A stretch of 64,000 nucleotides of DNA from contig JBNRSN020000004.1 of NCBI GenBank assembly GCA_051313645.2, forward strand, positions 239,754,001 to 239,818,000, written 5' to 3'. The position numbers and the translations under genes are program-made. The DNA comes from Centroscyllium fabricii (taxonomy: Eukaryota). Shown here in pieces: positions 55,055 through 64,000 of this stretch; positions within the stretch are counted from its first letter, which is position 1; each line of letters starts with the position of its first letter. Under the pieces are notes generated by a model. That model searched no databases, was not told where the DNA came from, and saw only the letters and a list, made by a program, of their open reading frames with translations.

Positions 55055-55270
55055 AGTAAACTTTTATACACCTCAGTTCCGGCTATATGACATTTGGATG
55101 CCAATTGAATAGGGTTTTGTCTATGAATTAGATCGTAAAATCATCCATAGCACAGACTGATAGCCTCACTGGCTATAAAAAATCACGTGGTGTCATTAAA
55201 GTAAGTTTTATGGTTTTGGGGAGTTGACAACCAACAGTATATTCTACATAACATATAATCTCACTGACGC
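55055..55270 (+). promoter_or_regulatory. Conserved element 3' of HoxA5 (Cdx-site-rich, MES-enhancer-like / internal promoter)
   Basis: CTTTTATAC, GGCTATATGACATTTGG, GATCGTAAAATCATCC, TATAAAA, E-box CACGTG and GTTTTATGGTTTTGGGGAGTTGACA. Confidence 0.65.
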
Positions 55271-58200
55271 TGCACTTCATTTGGCTCCTTTGCAGATTGC
55301 GTGTGCAGACAGGCCACTCAAATGGCTAATCTTCTTGTTCTGAGGACTATCCACAGCTCCACAACTCCAGTGTACAGGAAAGTTGTGTTTTCTTGCAAGC
55401 CAAGGTAAATTTTGTTGAAATATTATTGTCACTTACTTTTCGCGAGGAAATTTGGCCCAGCAAAATGGGCCTTAAGCAGCACCCAGAGTGCACTGAGGCA
55501 GAAATGTGTCTGGGTAAACTACTGACTGGTTTCTTTCTGTGTTCATATAGAGCTTCTATTTTATAAACCAGGTAGAAAATGAATGGGTAAGATTAGAAAA
55601 GGAAATAACTTTTAGAGGAAGAGTGTGTTCTAATTTTTAAATATTTGATGTGTTACAAGTTTTTAGCAGATACTCAATTAATTTCCATTAAAGTTTACTG
55701 GTATTGTTCAGCACCTTCATATTGTGGGGTAGAACATTCTTAATTCTTTTTATGGTTACTTTTCCCGCAAACTGTTGTGCCATTGTATTTGCTTATTTGT
55801 GTTTTGCTTTAGGGGAGTGTTATATTTCTATTGTGACAGGTCTCCAGTTGGCACTATTAAAAAGTATGTATTTTCAGACACCTTCATTGTCATGTATTTT
55901 GGGAAGTTGCTGGGCACCTAATAGTTTAATGAGTATTGTGTAAGTGTTAGCAACTTGCTGTTACTCTCAGTGTTACAGCATAATCTCTGTCGTCACACAC
56001 GAGCTGATTAAGGTGCACACAATGTACCACATGCATGCATTCACGCATCCAAACAATCCCCTCCTTATTTTAAATTTAAACTTTTATGGCGACAATCATC
56101 ATTCTCTTCAGGAATGAAAGTACACGTGTTATAAATAAACATGTTAATGCAGAAGAACAAAAAAACCAATCCAAACACCCTGGAATGAGGTTTCCGTGCG
56201 ATAGAAACATTGAGAGTTTAAAAATCCTTTGAAATACACTCAGGGGAAGAGTTACTGTAACTTTAAATCTGACTGTTGTAACACCAACATTGTTTTGGTG
56301 AATTGCAGGTTTCTCACAGTTGTGACTGACGAACCATAAACTTTATGACCGGTTTTTCATTCTTTGAAGCTTCCGCTCGTCTAGTGTGTATATGGAGACA
56401 TACATGTGCAATGGAAGGAGAACTGCTTGAAGATTTAGTGTTCCTAAACAAAAAGTACTAATTTTAATAAATGTGGAAGATGTTTCTTAGTTTCCATGGG
56501 TATTCAATGTTTCTCTATATGGACAAATCTTATAGTATAGGAAGTAGAGATAGCAGGCGGCCACACGTTTAAAAGGGATAACACGGTTGAAAGCAATTAC
56601 CCTCCAGAATTTCTACTCAAAACATTCCACTGCAATTAGGTTCGTTTTACGATGTGCTATAAAGATCCAACAGTAAATAAAGGAAATCGGCCCCTTTATC
56701 AGTACAGCAGTTCCGGATCGGCCATGTTAATCGTGTCAATCTGTTGTAATTTCCTTTGTATTAGTTTACATTTAAATATGACAGTTTAATATATCATCTG
56801 TCCAAATCACTTAAATACCTTTTATAACAAGACGAAACAATCTTTAGTATCACTCAGTGCTAGAGTGGCATTCAGACTAACATTGCATATCAGTTATAAG
56901 ACTTACAACTGATTTAAGTGTAATTGCTATCGTAAACATTAATGATTGTGTTATTTCGTTTCAAATTGCACAAAGGTTTGTGCTTTCGAAATATTTATGT
57001 TATCTCTAAAACTTTGCAGTCCAAAAATCCGAGACTCCAAAGGGGGCTGGGGAGGGGGCACAATGTATATTCAAAGGATCAAATATGTAAATGTTTATCT
57101 AAACTGTGTAATCATATACGTATACACAGTGTAGATATTCTGTGGGAGCCGATGAAAAGATGAAGTATAGTTATGGGGTTCTTTTCTAGAAATGCTGAAT
57201 CCCTGACCTTTCTTTCATCAAGCAGGGGGCTATATATCCCCAAACGTAGAGATGATCTTGTTTCTGCATTTAGCAAACAAGCTGAGTGTGTGAGAGAGTG
57301 AGGGGGTTCAATTCTTTCTCAAGAGAACTGTGTGGAATTGTCTTTCAGAAGATCTTTTCCTATGGTTGGGGCTGCCATCGTACGTGTATGTAAGCTGATG
57401 CAATTTTATTGGGGGGCGGTTTTTGGGGTGAATTTTACAAATGTTTCCTCAAGAAGCCTTTTCACGAAAGAAATACATGCTATGCAGTGTAAAACCCATC
57501 TGTTCCATAGGTCAAACATAAATTATCAATAAATTCTTCGATTTCTGTCACAACGGAGGGTTTAATCTGAAATCGCAGTGAATCAGTTTCCCCTCCAAAA
57601 TCTCTGTTACAATTAATAAATATGATTGGTCAGTCTAAATATAAATGCAAGGTCTTTGCTGTTTCTTACATTAAGCTCTTGCCAAAGTTTTGGTTGAGGC
57701 ACTTAACCCAGAGCTATCACATATCATATCTGTACCTACCCTTTAACACGCCATCTCATTAATCAGTGGCTAAAATCAAAAGCAGCTACTGTACGGTTTC
57801 GCCAACAATTCTCTGAAGCGTATCGCGGGAAAAAATACAAATGTAAAACAACTAAAAAGTTGTGAGTAGTAAAATAAAGAGGTGGTCGCCATAAAATCTG
57901 GAATGCGACGTGTTTACGTTTCATCTGTGCTAAGGGCACCGAGAGGACAGCACATTTTTCAATAGCAATCTATGCTAGTTTGTCTTTTGGACACAATAGA
58001 ATTTTCCCTAAGCATTGCAAATGAGCTTCAACAAATCCAGAGCAGGACGTAGTGTTAGTTTAACGCAGTTTCCTATTTGTAAACCTGCGCAGCTGCATAT
58101 TATGTGGTGAAGCTTCTGGGCCCCCTTTCAGCGAATTTAGGGGGCTCCGCAGCATTGTGATTTCCTATTTATGAGCAAAGTAACAGATAATTGATTTGGC

Positions 58201-61200
58201 GTTCATTAGGGCAGTAAAAGATCTTAAAGAGGAAGCATTAATGCTGCTTCTTTTGTATATGAACACGATACGTTACAGTACAAATCACTGTGAGCAAAAT
58301 AAATAGAAATAAATACATGTGTGATAATATCATCATGCACATGATAACTTAATGATACCCAATAATGAAGCAGGATAAATATTTTACAGGTTGGTTTTCT
58401 TTTTAAATTATATTTACTGTATCTGACTTTTAGCGATCTAGACAGTTATCACACATAATCCTTTGCATTCTTTGTATTGCGTTGAAGGTTTTTTAACAGA
58501 AAGTAATACACTTATATGGGTTTCAGGGGTTGTATCACATTCATATTTTATTTCTTGTATTTGTTTTGCATGATGTCCTTTGGTACTCCCCATTTATGAA
58601 ATTAACTGCTATTCAGCAGGCAAAAATACAACATAAGGACGCAAATTGTTACTAAATCGTCTGCCAAGAATGTCTCAGCTTTAAAGTTTTAGCTGCAACA
58701 TGACTTTGTAGAAATAGAGAACTCGTTAAGTCTTCCTGGAATGGATTCATTAATAACTGCTGTGTTTACTTGAATGCAAGATATTGCAATACACAGCTGA
58801 AGGATTGCATTGATATCATTGCATCATACTGTGGTCGGCATGGGGAGAAAAACACATGAGCCCACTAAATAAACCCATTGCGTTTTATTTATTTTTATCA
58901 GAGACAGATCGTTTCATAAAATAAGGGGCAAAAGTAATTATCAGCAACACACTACTTCTCTAAATAACATATTATTGCATAACAGTAATAATAGCAATCT
59001 GAATTACATATATATATGTATTTGTATTTGTCAACGTCGTAGTTCTCGAAGAAATTGACACGTTGGCGCTAATCTTTTAAGCAAAGTGCACATAGAATCA
59101 ATACACAAAAGCAAATTTAAATAACATTTATTATTTTCTCCATCTTCATTTGATATTTTGTTATTGCTTCATTTAATGCTTGCAGTTACGATATAAACTA
59201 ATTGATATTGCCCTTTTTTTTCTTCGAGGAGTGTCATTAAAATAATCTGTCTTTGGCACAGAAACAAAATGCACCCACCCTTCCCATTTTTACTAAAATA
59301 TGCAATTTGAATAGTGGGTTATTTCATTGTTCCAGGGTTTCGCGTTGCTTAAATCTAAGAGGGTATGTATTCAGGAAAGAGAGAGAGAGAATTACAGGAA
59401 AATGTATCTGCACACTCTGCGACTCACCAGCAGAGCTCGCTTTAGACCAAGTTCACAGTCATATGGTATTAGCATGGACTGGGAGCTCATGCATCCATTG
59501 TTCTATCAGTGCAACAGAAAAGGACGGAAATACTAAAATAGACCCAATAGCTTAATGAATGTTTTTTTTTTGCTGTACTATCTATAATTACATCGGCTGG
59601 CCGCTTCAGTAAAAACTTACCCACTTTGGCATATCCAACTAAATGGAAGAGCACTTGAATAAACAGCTTGCAGACAGTTGAGGTTCATGCCATTTTTGAG
59701 ATTAAAGAAAGGTTTCACTTATGGGGGGACGGGGACGGAGGGTGGGGGCGGACGAGGAGGGGTGGGGACGATGCCTTCACCATTCCCAAACCTGAAATTA
59801 GCAGTACATCATGAAAATAGTGAAGGAAAGGGGATATTATTTGAGTCCTCAGTGGTGCTTTGAAAAAAGGCTCCCTGTACCGTGGTTGGTAGGGCGGCAC
59901 AACTGTAGGTCAAAAAGTTGAGGGTCAAAAGTTTACGTCTTGCACGACTTGTAATCATCTGCTCAGACAGAGTTTGATGTCAATGTTATAGCGCGATCTT
60001 GACTATCAGCACAAAAGATAAAATAGCTTTGAGTTACTCGTGTATCATACTATGGACTCCAGGTGAACCCTAGCGACTGAACGACCTCAATTACTGACGA
60101 AAGGAAAGAAAAAAATATTCTTTTCATGATCGAGACACGTTGTATTTCATCTTGAAAAATCGACCACGGTAATTTTTCTATCTGCTGTGTATGTGCAGCA
60201 GGTAAACATTTAGCAACTGTACAAAAAAATTAAGAGACTTTTTACGTAAAAATAAATCGAATTGTTTTATTTAGATTCGCCTTTTTACGCCTCGAATGTG
60301 GCTTTTTAGAGATTGGAATACAGCAGCCGTCTGCCTATCGAATTACACCACACAACAGTGTACACCGTCTAACTCAAGGCAAAGATCGGCATCAATTGGT
60401 TTAGATTCACAGACATTGCCCAGATTCTGAACCCGTTTTAAAAATACCGAAACACTGGTTCTAATTTAAAATGAATGAACATTTCAAAAGTACATATGTT
60501 TGAATTGATACCTAATTTAAATCATCTAGTTTGAAATATATATGGCCTATTTTTTATTTCATTCAGTTCCGTTTAAATGCTAAAAGAATAGTCGCAGGCT
60601 CGCAGCGATAGAATGTCTGACATTTGAAAAAAAAGTTCCTTGTCTAAAATGCAGGAATAATATTTATGTTTAGGTCCTCAAGCGCTTTTATTCATTTTAA
60701 AACTATCTGACAGTGCCTTTCCCTCTTATTTCCTTACTGCTGAAATATATTTCAACAATAATATAAAAAAACCATCAGCCAAACAATCATGGTAACGTTA
60801 TTCCTAATGTAAATAAAGTGTTACAGTTTAAAATTAACTGTGGCTCGGTGAGGTTTAAAGTAAACGATGAAGCCCATTCACCGTGGTTTATGAAATTTAC
60901 CATGTAAGAACAAGGACACATTTTGTTTGTTGCATCAAATCCTTTACAGATTATTGTAACTCAGATATAACATTTGATATCAAACGTAATCGTTTAGCTG
61001 CACCTTTTCCGCTTAGTTGCAAGCAAGATAAGGGTCAAATGTACTTTACTTAAAGATGCTGCAAGAAAGTATAAAGCCATATGAGCTTCTAAAGTTTTAA
61101 TTTTATATCACTTCATTCTCACTCTCTATATTAGACAGATTGCGAGTAACTAGATACAATATTTCTTACATATCTATTTCGCAGGGCAATAGTTTTGCTC

Positions 61201-62352
61201 TTCTACTCTGTGGAACTGGAGAATGTGAACCTTCGAAAACATAATAATTAGCACACAGGTAATGGATCAGTAAATAAAAAGGTCATAATATGCAGAGATA
61301 AACGAAAATAGTTTTTATTCTGAGCTGTTCACAATATACATCATATCCTAAAAGTTGCAAAAGACCAATCATTTAATAGCTGAGCTACAATAAATGCATT
61401 ATTCAATAGGTTAAGAAGCCATGTTTATTCGCAGTCCATAGAACATTTTCCAAAAAATCGCATTCCACTTGACATATACAACATTGATTTAAAATACAGA
61501 CTTTAGCATGTATGCATGTCTGGATAGATAGTGAGAGAGAAAGGTTCACAGAGAAATAAACGGACGGGTAGAAAGGTGGTAGATTTAGATGAAAGAGTAC
61601 TGCATTTTATAATGGAGAAGATAATAAAAATATATCCATTATATATAATCTGACCTTTTTTCTCCTTGAGAAAGATGGGAAACTTATTTCAAACGAATAA
61701 TTTCGTTTTGCTAAATTGACACTTGTTACTAGAATAGTTTGTAAGACATTGAAACGTATTCATAAGCGATAAAACATGGATTAGGGTCATCAGATTGATG
61801 AAATTAAAAAATATGGATTATTGTCAATGTTTTAAAACTGAAGATTGCAAATTAAATATAATTTTGCCCTAAAACAACAAAATTATTTTAGGACTCGATC
61901 TAAAAAAAAATATGCCTGCTTAAGTTTGGAACCCTGTAGCACACAGATGGAGGCACAAATGAGAGATTTGAAATGAAATGCAGATGTATTGGTAAAACAA
62001 GGCAGCCCTTTGTTTAACTTTTTTGCAAGTTAAATTAATTTTAAATTCCAAAAACAAATTGTCTAATTACAGAAGCCGTTAAATGTTATTCAATATGTCT
62101 CCACTTTAATTGCTTTCTGTGATTCATCAAACAAAACATTCCACATCTATTGATTTTTACTGGAAACCGTGAGCATTTTATTTACAAACATTTAAAGACG
62201 GTTACCGAATGGGCTATTGAAACACTCAGGACTGCATAGAAACCACTCATTTTGCCTAGTTTCCCCCTCCACAAAGGTAATGACCTGGGCAAAACACCCT
62301 GATATTTGAAAGAGCACTATAGGCCTTTTAGAAATGGCTAAGTCCAAGGCCG

Positions 62353-62369
62353 AGGTGAAATTCAGGTCA
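62353..62369 (+). promoter_or_regulatory. DR5 retinoic-acid response element upstream of HoxA4
   Basis: AGGTGA-AATTC-AGGTCA is an exact DR5 arrangement. The position and flanks (GCCG...CTAACAAATATGAAAATGTCGCC) resemble the group-4 5' RARE. Confidence 0.85.
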
Positions 62370-64000
62370 CCGCGTCTAACAAATATGAAAATGTCGCCTC
62401 ACGAATGGCACGCCTTGTTACTTAACAAAGACTGTCAATGTATAAGATTAATAAGAAACAAAATGCACACGGTGTCACTTTTCGGTCACTTCCAAACTTA
62501 GCTTAGCGTATCCCTTACGAAATCTCATTTCATTGAATAAAATCTTTTGTTTTGTTTCCCGTGTTGAAGTCCAATAAACGCACAGTTGTGCAGCTCTGTG
62601 GGATGTGGAGCAAGCCTGCTCGAAGATGTTTCGTCCAAATGTACATTTTATTTGTTTTATTTTGTTTGTGAGTCGGACACCGGCTGTTTTAGCCATATGT
62701 CCCAGATAGAATTGGAAAACAATCACATTTTCACCATGGCACAATCTATCTGATAAACCCAGAGCAGTGCTGACGGATTCAGACGGTAAATGAAGAAATT
62801 ATGACACTCTTTATCATCTAAACTACTGATTTGCTGTTCGGAGGAGAATTAAAACTGGTAAAGTCTAATTTCTGATTTATCAAACCGCGAAAGAAATCTT
62901 CCCTTCAATGCTTCAGGTCTTGGATGATATTTTATGTAAAACAGATTTCATGATCTCGACACTTTCTAAAATGTAAATTTGATACAAGCTCTTAAAACAC
63001 ACACGCTTTCGAAATGTCGTAAAAAGAGTTAACTTTGCCTTTCGTTTTAAAATGGCTGTAAATCTACCCTTGCAGTAAAAATGTCAAATGTGCACGCAGG
63101 CGAGGTAACACTTGGGGGTCCTGGCTCCATCTCTGTATATTATGAAAAAACTGCAGAGGCGACTGACCTGCATTTGCTCATTCTCAGTAATGTCTTGTGT
63201 TTATGCGATAAGAACCTTTATTTCCCATTTTTCTACAAACCGCTTAAATACACACATTGCCCCAGCTAATTGCTTGATTGCGTTATTTACAGGCAAGTTA
63301 CGTGGTCAGAGCAAAACGATGCACCTCACCCCTGTCAATGAGAAAAACAACAACACATTTTTGGAAAGTTGAATTTTATGGGCTTTTTTTGCGAAAAGAG
63401 AGTTTTTAGTAACATCATTTGGACCCGTTTCGTAACCTTTTAAAGTATATATTATGACTGACCTAAATATAAACATTTACACAAGATGTTCTTAGTGAAT
63501 AAAACAAATCTTACAAAATATTAAGTCTGTTACCATGCAAATCTTCCCTACATAGTCCCTTTGTATAGTGAGTAGTGGAAATAAACGTGTTCATTACACC
63601 GAAAGGCAATTGATTTTACTGCTAGATATTTAGTTGAAAGCGTTCTAATGGACGATTACACTACGCAGCAAAACAGGGTGGGTTGGTAAATGTACTCTAC
63701 AAACTATGTGTTGTAATGGTTGAAGAGGGTTCATTCTAATGAAATGTTAGCTTGTATGTCCGGATAGAGTATATCGTCCAAACATTAAAACAGGGTTTTA
63801 TAATGCGTCCTTGATTGACAAGAACTCATGTTGTGAATCGATTATATTTCAAGAAAGCATATTGCATATGACTACTTTGAAAAAATAACGTGCAGTGCAC
63901 CTAAATTGTCACTTTCCTATTTAGTCAATTTCATATTGCGTGCCGTTTGAGGTAGATATTAATTCAAACATAAAACATTATGTAATTTTAATCACGTTAA

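Noticed and set aside
61931-61939. ACCCTGTAG as a miR-10 remnant
   Set aside because: Only a 9-nt match with no hairpin, which is expected by chance in 64 kb.

Overview
This is vertebrate genomic DNA: the central part of a HoxA cluster on the + strand. The order is HoxA11 - HoxA10 - miR-196 - HoxA9 - (no HoxA8) - HoxA7 - HoxA6 - HoxA5, ending in the region upstream of HoxA4 with its DR5 retinoic-acid response element. All six genes have two exons, a phase-1 GT-AG intron just upstream of the homeobox, and intact spliced reading frames. Intact HoxA6 plus HoxA7, fish-like proteins and uncompacted spacing suggest a non-teleost fish such as a holostean or chondrostean (inference). The short ORFs outside the Hox exons are noise. 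I see no wholly new biological system, as the locus is a classic one. The most interesting details are: (1) a stop codon that turns the mammalian HOXA10 N-terminal extension into a 3-codon uORF; (2) loss of the canonical HoxA9T cryptic acceptor, with a possible substitute 24 nt upstream; (3) a miR-196a-type mature sequence at the HoxA locus, with 9 seed sites in the cluster's own 3' UTRs; (4) a degenerate ~43-bp repeat carrying poly(A) signals inside the HoxA7 3' UTR; (5) divergently oriented CTCF motifs; (6) several candidate non-coding first exons. Comparisons with human or mouse sequence are from memory and need alignment.
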